Of a DNA stretch of 64,000 nt, positions 33,810 through 44,400 are shown piece after piece. The translations under genes were made by a program, and so were the position numbers. Below the pieces are notes generated by a model. It was not told where the DNA came from and ran no database searches. It saw only the letters and a list, made by a program, of their open reading frames with translations. Position 1 is the stretch's first letter. Each line of letters starts with the position of its first letter. Source of the DNA: a virus (lineage: Duplodnaviria; Caudoviricetes); IMG/VR virus record IMGVR_UViG_3300025401_000648; one strand, written 5' to 3'.

Positions 33810-35021
33810 TTAAAGAACTAAAACTTCAATAACCGCAGGACCATACGCATTAGTGCCTATGGCTTTGGCAAATACTGCGTTAAGTTCATCACCCCCAGAA
33901 ATATATGCTTCTGCGTATCCTGGCATCCAGCTAGTAACTAACAAGTCACCTTTATTAATTGGCCCTAAAACCTGGCATGGAACACGGCCTTTTAGGGCAA
34001 TAGCGGGGTGAGTTTCGTCATTTCCAGCGTCTTTATTCATTAAATAGGCCGGATTTGTAGACACTATACCTATTACTGTGGTATCAGCATGATTATTAGT
34101 AACAGTAACTTCGTTAGATCCACCTAAACATAAAACAGTACCCGGAGCATAAACAGCATCTGCCCAATAACGTTCTGCTAGGTCAGCATATTGTGCCGCT
34201 GTGGCTGTTGCGTTTAATACCTGTGTAGATACATTGTAATTAAATGTGCTGGTAGATAATATTGTCTGGGATCCAGTGGCCTGCACTAATGGAACATTCA
34301 GCACACCAGATGAAGTTGTAGATACCGTTACCTGAGATGCTAGATTGGCTGTAAGTGCTTCGGCGGCAGTTCCCCAAAGATAAAATCCACTGGCCTGTGT
34401 TGATCCAGAACCGTTGGCATCTTTCAAGGTTATACCAGCTACTACGCCATTAACAAAGTTTGAATATAAGTCTGAAGTTGTTTTTGGTTCAAAAGACGAA
34501 TTAGATATCACTGCCACTGGGTTTGACCCAATGTAGCCTTTTAAAATATTATAGGTATTTCCATCTGCTCCAATTTCAGCAACAGGTTGCCAGGATGCCA
34601 CTGACTCAACTGAGTTATATGGTCCAATAGTAATCCATCTACCGTATTCTGAGCTCCAAGAATTTAATTGTACTGATTGAGTATTCCACCAAAGATCACC
34701 ATCCAATGGTGTAGCAGTGATAGCCGGGTCCGTACTTTGGCTGGTGATATTGGCCAAAGGTTTAAAATTTATACCGTCGTAGCATACATTTAAATTACGT
34801 TCATTGGTGTTATTATTGAACCAGAGTTGACCTTGGACAGGCTTACTTGGAGCTGTACTATTGGCAAAACTTTCCAACAAGTATATAAAATTTTGGTTTT
34901 GTATTTGGCCATATCCGCTGTAATTACGACCAACAAACGATAGGCTGGTAGATTCGTCGACTGATCCGTCATCAACAGTGACTAATTTGCTTCCATTTGA
35001 ATTGTATAATATGTATGGCAT
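33810..35021 (-). CDS. Tail fibre/baseplate protein (paralog 4) with C-terminal intramolecular-chaperone/peptidase-like domain
   Basis: Shared N-domain (SLSFVGRNYSGYG...NFIYLLESF...GQLWF); C-terminal YADLAERY...IALKGRVPCQV. Confidence 0.7.
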   Translation of the reverse strand: MPYILYNSNGSKLVTVDDGSVDESTSLSFVGRNYSGYGQIQNQNFIYLLESFANSTAPSKPVQGQLWFNNNTNERNLNVCYDGINFKPLANITSQSTDPAITATPLDGDLWWNTQSVQLNSWSSEYGRWITIGPYNSVESVASWQPVAEIGADGNTYNILKGYIGSNPVAVISNSSFEPKTTSDLYSNFVNGVVAGITLKDANGSGSTQASGFYLWGTAAEALTANLASQVTVSTTSSGVLNVPLVQATGSQTILSTSTFNYNVSTQVLNATATAAQYADLAERYWADAVYAPGTVLCLGGSNEVTVTNNHADTTVIGIVSTNPAYLMNKDAGNDETHPAIALKGRVPCQVLGPINKGDLLVTSWMPGYAEAYISGGDELNAVFAKAIGTNAYGPAVIEVLVL

Positions 35022-35031
35022 TTCTAAATCC

Positions 35032-36678
35032 TTAAGTTTTAATTATTCCGTAGAGGGCGATATTTTTTGGACGTGTTTCACCAACATCCGCAATAGGATT
35101 ACCAGCTGCATCTTCAGCATTGCCAGTTAACCACATCTGTGCTCCGCCACCGTAACTGGATCTAGCATCATAATTAAATGGACCAACTGATGTGCCTGGC
35201 CAGTTGCTTGATCCAGCGGCACCTGTCAATTGATCATCGCCCGGAAATACATGGTAGTGCGATTTTATAACAGCATTGTCTGATTGTATAGTTGAGTACA
35301 ACCTACCAGGATCTCTGCCAGCACCATGATCGGCACCCCGTACAAAATAACCTCGAAGATCTGGTAGAGTAAAACTTGCGCCGTTGGCCCCGTAAGGGCT
35401 GGTAGCACCGCCCAAAGCAATATATAAATTGTAATATTGATCAACGCCTACAGATGAACCGTCTGCTAATAGGAATCCTGCTGGCACAGTTCCACCAGCA
35501 ATGTACATGATCGTTCCTGGTGGTATTGGTGTATACCCAGCTGCCAATGATGAAATTTGTAATTGTAAAGTTGCTATAGTTGCCGACAAGGTTGCCGCGA
35601 CTGTATCAACATAAGTCTTTGTGGCTTTTTGTGTTGCTAGATTTCCGTCCGAATCTGCTGATAAAGTACCGTCTGTATCAAATTTACTAATTGTTTGATT
35701 GTTACTGGCCGATATTAAATTGGTAAATGTTGCCGATGATAATATGACACCATTAACATTTAAACTATTTGAAGAAATATTTTGTGAATGAACGCTGTTG
35801 GTCCAAACTGTGCCCCATGTTAGACTTTGGGATCCTAAATTTACAGCATTAGTAGTTGATGGAGTAATTGAAGTATCAGCGAACCAAGATCCAGCCAAAA
35901 TACCAGCATTATTAAAACTAGTTAGTTTAGATGCGGTCAAACCGTTGACCGAAGTATTTCCTGATGAATTTCTTTGTACAATTGATGCGCCTGCCGATAT
36001 AGATGATGCTGTGAGATAGGTCGACTGAGTTTCATCTAATAAAGCGTTTGAAGACCCGCTAGTTTGAGAGTATCCAAAAAGTTCCACATCACTGCTGGCA
36101 TAATTTTTAAATGTAATGCCTCTATTCAATGAAGGGAATCCGTCCACAGCATTTACATAGGAAATGTTAAAAGCATCTCGGCTTATAATGGCAATTACTT
36201 CGCCGTTTATTACACATTCAATAACAGCATGGGCAACATTGTTAGTGTCCATTAATTCCACTGAACTAAACTTTGTTGTACTAAATCCAGAAACACCTTC
36301 TGGACCAATATTGATAAACCCGGTGCCTGTATTAATTTTTAAAATTTGATTGCTAGTATCAAACCAAAGATTGCCTTGTATTGATACAATGGGCGGAATT
36401 GCGTCATAGGTAATAACACCCAAAGTTTGCCAACCATTATTATAAACATTTAAAGAATTATTAGTAGTATCAAACCATAATTGCCCAACTAATGGACTAA
36501 CTGGTGGCACTCCGTAGGCAAAATTTTCCAACATATGGATAAAATCAGAATTTTGAGCTTGGCCGAACCCAACAACATTTTTGCCAATAAGAGAAATACT
36601 AGACGATATACTGTCAATTGTACCATCAGCTATTTCAGTTAATACAGTTCCGTCAGATTTTAAAATTTGATATGACAT
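35032..36678 (-). CDS. Tail fibre protein (paralog 3) with tail-collar domain
   Basis: PPGTIMYIAG...PAGFLLADG...LPDLRGYFVRG...ETRPKNIAL. Confidence 0.8.
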   Translation of the reverse strand: MSYQILKSDGTVLTEIADGTIDSISSSISLIGKNVVGFGQAQNSDFIHMLENFAYGVPPVSPLVGQLWFDTTNNSLNVYNNGWQTLGVITYDAIPPIVSIQGNLWFDTSNQILKINTGTGFINIGPEGVSGFSTTKFSSVELMDTNNVAHAVIECVINGEVIAIISRDAFNISYVNAVDGFPSLNRGITFKNYASSDVELFGYSQTSGSSNALLDETQSTYLTASSISAGASIVQRNSSGNTSVNGLTASKLTSFNNAGILAGSWFADTSITPSTTNAVNLGSQSLTWGTVWTNSVHSQNISSNSLNVNGVILSSATFTNLISASNNQTISKFDTDGTLSADSDGNLATQKATKTYVDTVAATLSATIATLQLQISSLAAGYTPIPPGTIMYIAGGTVPAGFLLADGSSVGVDQYYNLYIALGGATSPYGANGASFTLPDLRGYFVRGADHGAGRDPGRLYSTIQSDNAVIKSHYHVFPGDDQLTGAAGSSNWPGTSVGPFNYDARSSYGGGAQMWLTGNAEDAAGNPIADVGETRPKNIALYGIIKT

Positions 36679-36687
36679 TACTTTTCC

Positions 36688-37701
36688 TTACATTACCACG
36701 TTGACCGTAGCAGTTGTTATTACACTGTAATATTTTGTTCCTGTAGAATAAATTTCAACTGGTTGCCAGCTAATACCTTGTAGGCTATTATTTTGAATTT
36801 GGAATCTACGAACTTGTGTACCAACACCGCTGTTACCAGTTGCTCCTGATTTACTAAATGAGCAAATTACTCTGGCTTCAGATCCTAAAGGAATTCCAAC
36901 CTCATTGGTTGATGTGGAAACAGATACTGGATACATTAGTTTTAAGACACTGGTAATTGCTTGATTTTGTAATTGGTAGGACACATATAATGATACATTA
37001 TGTGAATCACTAGTTGTTAATACTGATGGATCTAAAGAATCAATGCTAACTGATGCCGATAAGTATCTATTAAATACCTGTCCCGATACCTTTAGGTCAC
37101 CGTTAATTGTCAAACCGGCAACTACTGTAGCAGTACTGGTACTAAAATATGTTTGGGCGGCTGCTGGAGTCATTGAAAAAGCAGAGTTGCTTAATACCCC
37201 AACTGTTGTTCCATAGTTGTTTAATAATGTAACCTGTTGCGTCGCCAATGTAGTAGCATCAACCAATGTGGCAGCAGGTAATACCCATCCGTTACTGCCC
37301 ACTGATTGTGGGAATACAGGACCAACAGTGTATAATACATTATCATTGAATAATTTTAATTGACTATTTGTACTATCCCACCAAAATGCTCCAGAATTTA
37401 AAATACCAGGCTGTGTTCCAGAGACAATAGCACCGCTAACTGGGTTAAAACCATTATCATAAACATATAATCGTTGAGCAGTAGTATTATACCATAATTG
37501 TCCAGTTACTGGATTTGCTGGGGGATTTCCATAGGTACTGGAAAAACTTTCTAATAATTTTACAAAGTTATTGTTGATATACTGTCCATAATTACTGACA
37601 TTTTTACCAACTAAAGAAAGGCTAGTTGTAACATTGTCTACTGAATTATCTGACAATAATAATAGCGTGGTTCCGTCTGAATTTAAAATTGTATATGCCA
37701 T
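36688..37701 (-). CDS. Tail fibre/baseplate protein (paralog 2)
   Basis: Shared N-domain SLSLVGKNVSNYG...NFVKLLESF...GQLWY. Confidence 0.7.
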   Translation of the reverse strand: MAYTILNSDGTTLLLLSDNSVDNVTTSLSLVGKNVSNYGQYINNNFVKLLESFSSTYGNPPANPVTGQLWYNTTAQRLYVYDNGFNPVSGAIVSGTQPGILNSGAFWWDSTNSQLKLFNDNVLYTVGPVFPQSVGSNGWVLPAATLVDATTLATQQVTLLNNYGTTVGVLSNSAFSMTPAAAQTYFSTSTATVVAGLTINGDLKVSGQVFNRYLSASVSIDSLDPSVLTTSDSHNVSLYVSYQLQNQAITSVLKLMYPVSVSTSTNEVGIPLGSEARVICSFSKSGATGNSGVGTQVRRFQIQNNSLQGISWQPVEIYSTGTKYYSVITTATVNVVM

Positions 37702-37702
37702 T

Positions 37703-39514
37703 TTAGTACTTTATTATATAGTTGACGTAGCCGGTCTCAGTACCGGGTACTTTGTATACTGCTGTTGCTGTTCTTAAATCAGGAACATTAAAATTAGGAA
37801 CAACTCCTCCATAGATAAAATTACCAGCACCTTGATATTGTAGCGCGGCAGCTAGATTAGGGTATGATGATATAGCATGACTTGATCCGTCACACAATAA
37901 CCAACCTGCTGGGGGAATATTATTTCCATGCATGATTATCATTCCTGCAGAGTAAAATCCTTGATTTAACTGATTTATACTAATTTTTTGAAGGCCTGTG
38001 TAACTAGCATTAGTAGATGTATCAACCACCATTAATGTCATGTTATTTGATGTATATGTTGCAGTATGCTGGGCTGTAATTGCGCTAGCAGTCAATGTTG
38101 TATTAAATGTTGCCGTTGAACCATTTCCATAAAACACAACATTAGTGGCGGTTACCTGTCCTTGTATTTTAAAATTAGTACCATAAGCCAATGCGGTAGC
38201 CGGGCCATTGAATACCCCAAATACCTGTGTACTAGTAGTACCAATTGCGTTGGCATAAATTCTGTTAAACTGTGCTGATGCGGATCCTATGTCATAAGTA
38301 CTAGTCACTGATGGTAAAATTCCGGCACCAGCTTGCGGATTACCATTTCCATCTAACCAATTTACATAAATTTGTCCGTCAACTGTTATATCATCGCCAA
38401 ATACTGATGTGCCACCAACACTTAATGTGCCAGATGTGGCAACATTGCCAGTTATTGTAGTAGAACCGCCTACACTAAGGCCAAGAGACACACTGGCCGG
38501 TCCATTAACTACTAAACTAGGATTATTAATGGATGTTGTTGTATTGATTGTAACGACCCCATCAGCAACTACCACTGTGTTGTTTGGCAAACTACTGATG
38601 CCATTAGTTGTTTTAATGACAATGTTACCACCGGCAGTGTTGTTTAGCAACACAGCATCGTTAATGTATTTGTATAATTGTATATAGTTGCTACTATTAG
38701 ATCCAGCTATATTAATAACTACCCCGTCGCGCCCTTGTGATCCAGATTGATTATTAGCATTGGGTGTTGAAAATAGTAGTCGACCTGTGATTACTTGACC
38801 GTTTACTGAATTATCATTTTTTCTTAAAAAACTACCGGCACTATATAACGAATTATTAACAGTTAAATTGGCCGCACTAACTGATACGCCATTTAAAAAT
38901 GATCCTGAAACAACATTAACTCCAGGATATATTCCGGTAAAACCAGAAATTATTGGATTTGGAATAAAAGTTTCATTTGCTAGTATCGTTACTCGAGATC
39001 CGTTGACATAAGTAGATGTGATTTGATGATTAGTGCCTGTAGTATCTACTACAGTTTCAACAACAGGGCCATTCAATTCGCCAGTTCCAGCATTTCCAAC
39101 AGCAATCCAACTACCAGCATTGTAAATGTTAAGCTGGCTTAATTGAGTGTTAACCCAAATATCTCCAGATTTTAATGTAGTGGTTAATGATGGATCAGTG
39201 GCCTGCTGATAAATTCCGTTTGCGCTGGCCCAATTAACAGCACCAGCTGTGCCATCCATTATGCGTAATACTTTATTACCAGGATTGCTGGTGTCGTACC
39301 ATAACTGACCTTCAATAGGATTGGCAGGCGGTAACGAACTAGAAAAGTTTTCTAAAAGACTTAGGAAATTTTGATCAATTGCTTGTCCAAAATTTGGGTA
39401 TCCTTTTCCAACCAAAGTTAAACTAGTATCAACAGTATTAACACCTGGAGGCATATCTGGAACTGTAATAGCAGTAATTTTACTTGGGTCTGAAAAATTA
39501 AGTGTATATGGCAT
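37703..39514 (-). CDS. Tail fibre protein (paralog 1) with minimal collar domain
   Basis: Shared N-domain; beta-helix-like GxLxV repeats; AGMIIMH...PPAGWLLCDG...VPDLR. Confidence 0.75.
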   Translation of the reverse strand: MPYTLNFSDPSKITAITVPDMPPGVNTVDTSLTLVGKGYPNFGQAIDQNFLSLLENFSSSLPPANPIEGQLWYDTSNPGNKVLRIMDGTAGAVNWASANGIYQQATDPSLTTTLKSGDIWVNTQLSQLNIYNAGSWIAVGNAGTGELNGPVVETVVDTTGTNHQITSTYVNGSRVTILANETFIPNPIISGFTGIYPGVNVVSGSFLNGVSVSAANLTVNNSLYSAGSFLRKNDNSVNGQVITGRLLFSTPNANNQSGSQGRDGVVINIAGSNSSNYIQLYKYINDAVLLNNTAGGNIVIKTTNGISSLPNNTVVVADGVVTINTTTSINNPSLVVNGPASVSLGLSVGGSTTITGNVATSGTLSVGGTSVFGDDITVDGQIYVNWLDGNGNPQAGAGILPSVTSTYDIGSASAQFNRIYANAIGTTSTQVFGVFNGPATALAYGTNFKIQGQVTATNVVFYGNGSTATFNTTLTASAITAQHTATYTSNNMTLMVVDTSTNASYTGLQKISINQLNQGFYSAGMIIMHGNNIPPAGWLLCDGSSHAISSYPNLAAALQYQGAGNFIYGGVVPNFNVPDLRTATAVYKVPGTETGYVNYIIKY

Positions 39515-39516
39515 GA

Positions 39517-40164
39517 TTAATTCCCGCTGTTGCTAAGACTTTGAACCCTAACTGTATAATCAATTTGAATCATTCTATTCAATGATTTTTGTACTGGATG
39601 GAATATGACATGTGTTAATAACATTCCTGTGCCCGGTCCATTTGGACTATAACTTAATAAACCTAATTCATCAAATACATAAGTTCCATTAGAATTAGTA
39701 GCATTGTCAAATGCTGTTTGACCGTTGGGTTCGCCAAAATCTAATAGACAGCTTACTAAAATATCGCTATAAGCAGTACCAGTAATATGACGTACCTGCA
39801 TGTAGTTATTTGTGGGATTTAAATCAGTAGTTTGCTGTGCGTCTACGGTTTTATAATAAGTTTGATTGTACAAACTAGCGCTGGTGCCAATTGTATTTGG
39901 AGTTAGATATGTAATAATTCCAGTATCATCAACTCGTGTGCCGCCATTGCCAAACGCCATTTCATAGATAGTACCATATCCTTGATTACTCAAACTCTGC
40001 GCCATAGCAAGACTAAAATTTTCGTAATGGATCGCATTCTTTTTATCAATGAACACTTCTTTAGTATTAGGGTCAAATATCTTAATATGCCCTTGTACTC
40101 GCATATTGCCCTGTTCATTGGGCTTTTGTTGTGGGTAGTTTGTCATTGTTGAGCTCTGTTTCAT
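39517..40164 (-). CDS. Virion structural protein
   Basis: Within the tail operon, after a late promoter; alternative start at 40146. Confidence 0.65.
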   Translation of the reverse strand: MKQSSTMTNYPQQKPNEQGNMRVQGHIKIFDPNTKEVFIDKKNAIHYENFSLAMAQSLSNQGYGTIYEMAFGNGGTRVDDTGIITYLTPNTIGTSASLYNQTYYKTVDAQQTTDLNPTNNYMQVRHITGTAYSDILVSCLLDFGEPNGQTAFDNATNSNGTYVFDELGLLSYSPNGPGTGMLLTHVIFHPVQKSLNRMIQIDYTVRVQSLSNSGN

Positions 40165-40168
40165 ATGA

Positions 40169-40175
40169 TATTTAT
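40169..40175 (-). promoter_or_regulatory. Late promoter ATAAATA
   Basis: Intergenic, immediately upstream of the 40164 gene. Confidence 0.55.
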
Positions 40176-40187
40176 CTATGTATTTTC

Positions 40188-41465
40188 TTAGTGTTTAAAT
40201 CGTGTATTGGATCTCGGAAATGTCTGCCCTTGATTAGGTCGAATACTAGACTGTCTTGGAAATGTCATACCTTGGTTTGATCGAAGACTTTGAATAAGAC
40301 TCAGTAAAGAATACCCGTTTGGCGCTCCCATACCTGTAACAGGATCCCAACCAACTCGTGATGCGTATCCTTGGGCTATGGCTGTGGCATTGGTACCTGT
40401 AGTGATATCGTAAAATGCAGTTGGATTGGCATAAAACAGTTGATTGTATGCTACTGATCCCAATGCTTTACCAGTTAATGCCTTGATTCTAGCTATCATG
40501 CCTGCCATAACAGGAGTGGATGCGCTAGTACCACCAACACCGCTTAGAGTTCCGCTAGTATAAAACGCATAGGCGTTGGCCATTGGACCAGAAATGTCTG
40601 GAATACCCCTCGCAGTCACAGATGTTAATGCTCCGGTAACGTGAGTCGAACTATTATATGTTTGATATTGTAGCCCACTTTGCCAGCTAGGAGCTGAAAA
40701 TATTGAACTAAATCCGCCGCCACTACCAAAAGTACTACCAAAAGTAGAGTCGTCTTGTTCGGTTGTTTCTGTTAAACGAGTATTGGTTCCTGTGTTTATG
40801 GTAAGATGAGTCCCACCAACAGCAATCATATAGGGACTAGACGGCGGATAGTTGACTGCCAATACATTTCCCGAATCAGAACCAAGGTCTCCCGAACTGT
40901 TTACAAAAGCAATATTATTGGAATTAGCTGATTGTAGCTGTGATGATAAAAAATCTCCACCAGATTCACTGAATGTCCAACTCATTGATATTACATCACA
41001 CCCATCAGAAACAGCTCTAGCAATAGTACTTCGAACATTAGCCACTGTAGTAGAACTGGTGTTTATGTAAATGGTAATATTGGCCTGAGGGACTAATGTG
41101 GCAATACATGTGATATCTAATATATTTTCTCCGTCAGCATTGCTGTCACTAGTGCCAGTTGCGCCATTTAACAATACCTGCGTTATAGTTGGTGCTGATA
41201 CTGATGCTGGAAGAATACCCCTTGTTTTATAATCTGAAAATGTTGAATTAAGATCGCTTTGAAGGAAAGTTCCACCAAAACTAATAATTCCAACCTTAAT
41301 ACCTGCTCCAGAATGATACGGCATATTATATGCTGTAGCAATTTGAGGGGGTGTAAGATATACATAATTACCACTATAATAGTAGCCAGTATTTGTGTGT
41401 ACTGATTCATCAATTGGCGTTACAGTTAAATCCGCAAGCTGGGCGACTATTTGTTCATCAGACAT
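40188..41465 (-). CDS. Sedolisin/kumamolisin-family (S53) serine-carboxyl peptidase, catalytic domain only
   Basis: ENILD (Glu/Asp pair), SSGDLG (oxyanion Asp), AVGGT, RGIPDI, GGTSASTP (Ser), GWDPVTGMG (Ca site). Confidence 0.9.
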   Translation of the reverse strand: MSDEQIVAQLADLTVTPIDESVHTNTGYYYSGNYVYLTPPQIATAYNMPYHSGAGIKVGIISFGGTFLQSDLNSTFSDYKTRGILPASVSAPTITQVLLNGATGTSDSNADGENILDITCIATLVPQANITIYINTSSTTVANVRSTIARAVSDGCDVISMSWTFSESGGDFLSSQLQSANSNNIAFVNSSGDLGSDSGNVLAVNYPPSSPYMIAVGGTHLTINTGTNTRLTETTEQDDSTFGSTFGSGGGFSSIFSAPSWQSGLQYQTYNSSTHVTGALTSVTARGIPDISGPMANAYAFYTSGTLSGVGGTSASTPVMAGMIARIKALTGKALGSVAYNQLFYANPTAFYDITTGTNATAIAQGYASRVGWDPVTGMGAPNGYSLLSLIQSLRSNQGMTFPRQSSIRPNQGQTFPRSNTRFKH

Positions 41466-44400
41466 TATTGTTCTAATCCTAATAGTGTTAATGTTACATT
41501 AACTGCTGACGAACTTCCAGAGTTATTTGTAACTGCCAGATAGACTGTACTATTTGTTATAGTATCATTATTAAATCCAACAACTCCTGGGGTAATTAAT
41601 TGTGTTAACGATCCAGAAGTTGTAATAACATCTGCTATCACTCCAGATCCTGCTGTAGGATCAGTACTTTGATTTCTAGAACTGTCATTGGATAAACTAG
41701 TTGCGTCAGTATAGATTCTAACCCATGCTGGCTGATCAGTTACAACTTTTGACAACACATAAGATTTGTATCCTAATACGATAGTTGTAGCAGTAGTTCC
41801 TGCCGCTAAAACGCTGGTTGCTGTTGTAACTGTTACTCTAGTACCTGCTCCTGCTGATCCAGAATAACCTACTGGTCCAACACTACCAGCATAGCCTATT
41901 GGACCACTGACTGTGCTTGCTGATCCAGTATAACCTGTTGCTCCAGCGCTGCCAGCGTAGCCTAAGCCACTTGATCCAGTATAACCTGTAGTCCCAATGC
42001 TTCCAGTGTATCCACCTGGGTCACCTTTGCTACCTGTAAATCCAATAGAAGCATAAGCACCCTGAGATCCAGAATAACCACGTGGTCCTTGTACCGTACT
42101 TGCTGATCCAGTATATCCACCAGCATCGCCTTTACTTCCAGCAAACCCCTGTGTACCAAAACTACCAGTAAATCCTGTTATACCTTGACTACCAGCATAA
42201 CCAACTGATCCCCAATAGCCAACGCTGCCAGCGTAACCTTGACTACCAGAATACCCCAATCCGCCAATTGATCCTGAATAGCCCTGTGGTCCAATACTTC
42301 CAGCATAGCCAGTACTGCCAGCATAGCCATTTTTGCCAACTACCCCGCTTAATATAAATTGCCAACTTGTAAATGTTCCAGATCCGTAGACTGAATAAAC
42401 TTGGGTAGTTACTGTTGTTCCAGTAATACTGGTAATGATACTTGAAATATAATTAGCAGGATTAACTACTCCGCCTGGAGAGGACAATAATACTATAGAT
42501 TGACTTGTGGTATACGCTGATAATGCAATGTTGGTAGCAGTAAAGCTGAATGTGGTTCCAGGAGAAACAAGAGCAATATTAGTTGCCGTACTTGTTGCTG
42601 TGGTAACAAGGAATCCTAATCCTATACTGCCAGTATATCCCACTGATCCAGAATATCCTTGGCTACCAGTAAAACCAGTAACGCCAAAGCTGCCAGTAAA
42701 ACCGGTAATGCCTTGGCTACCTGTGTAGCCAACACTTCCCCAATAACCAGCACTTCCCCAATAGCCAACGCTACCAGTGTAACCTTGACTACCAGTATAT
42801 CCACCTGGATTACCTTGAGCACCAACACTACCAGTATACCCGATTTGGCTTGCCGCACCAATTGACCCAGAGAATCCTCTACTACCCGTAAATCCATTAG
42901 GACCCTGTGGGCCACTTACGTTACTAGCAGAGCCAGTATAACCAACACTACCAGTATACCCTAAGCTACCGCTGTATCCCAATGGACCGCTTACGCTACT
43001 AGCGGATCCAGTATAACCTTGCGGACCTTGCGGACCAAAACTGCCTGTAAAGCCAGTTGATCCTGAATAGCCTGTTGGGCCAATTACATTACTAGCAGAT
43101 CCAGTATAACCTTGTGGGCCCACACTGCCAGTAAAACCAACTGATCCAGTATAGCCCAACGGTCCACTCACACTACTAGCAGACCCAGTAAAACCCTGTG
43201 GACCAATGCTACCTGTATAGCCCAAGCTACCAGCATATCCTTGACTACCAGCATATCCCTGTGGTCCTTGCGGGCCTACAGAACCAGTATATCCGCCAGC
43301 ATCACCTTTACTTCCACTAAACCCTTGGAAACCCTGTGGTCCAGATACAGTACTTGCTGATCCAGTATAGCCAATACTTCCGCTGTAGCCTAAACTACCT
43401 GTATAGCCCTGTGGTCCTTGAGCCCCAACCGAACCAGTATAACCTCCTGGTGGTCCTTGTGGGCCAGTTGGTCCAGGTACTTCACTGACACTACCTGTAA
43501 ATCCAGTTTTACCAATATTACCAACACTACCTGTGTATCCTCTAGGACCTTGCGGACCGCTTACATTACTGGCTGAACCAGTATAGCCGCCTGGAGGTCC
43601 TTGCGGGCCTGGAACAGAACTTGCTGATCCAGTAAAACCAATAGATCCAACACTGCCTGTATACCCTAAATTTCCAATACTACCACTGTAGCCAATACGA
43701 CCAACACTACCAGTATATCCGGAGGCACCTATACTGCCTGTATAACCACCCGGAGTTCCTGGAGCACCAGCACTGCCTGTATAGCCGCCTGGGTCACCTT
43801 TACTACCCGTGTAGCCAATTCCCACATTAGAAATGTTGATTACACCGTTCATGCTAGGCAAATTATTAGTTTGATATGCTAGAGTATCAGGAGCGTTCAT
43901 TGGCACACTAAATGTTACTGTACCAACCGTTGCTCCATTATTTGTTACTCCAGTAGTGTATGGGGCACTATTATTGTCAGTATAATGGTCAACTATGTAA
44001 AAACCATGACTTGGGCTATTAACAGTAAAATAATAAGTGAATCCACGGGCTAGATTAATAATGTTGGTATTAAGGCCATTGATTAAAAAACTGCCCAATC
44101 CACTATCTGTTATAGAAATATAAAGTCCTGCTAATTGCCCGGCACTACCAGTGTATCCTTTACTGCCAGTAAATCCAAAACTACCGTTATATCCAATAAC
44201 TCCTGCGCTACCAGCATATCCTGTACTGCCAGTATATCCCTTGCTACCAGCAAAACCATTTGATCCAGCACTACCAGCATACCCGGTGCTACCAAAATAA
44301 CCAATTGCCCCACTACTTCCAGTATATCCAACAGGACCTTGTGGTCCCACGCTTCCTGCAAATCCAACACTGGCACTGCCTGCGTACCCTTGAGATCCTG

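Noticed and set aside
33810-39514. Diversity-generating retroelement targeting the fibre genes
   Set aside because: No reverse transcriptase and no near-identical TR/VR pair seen in the window
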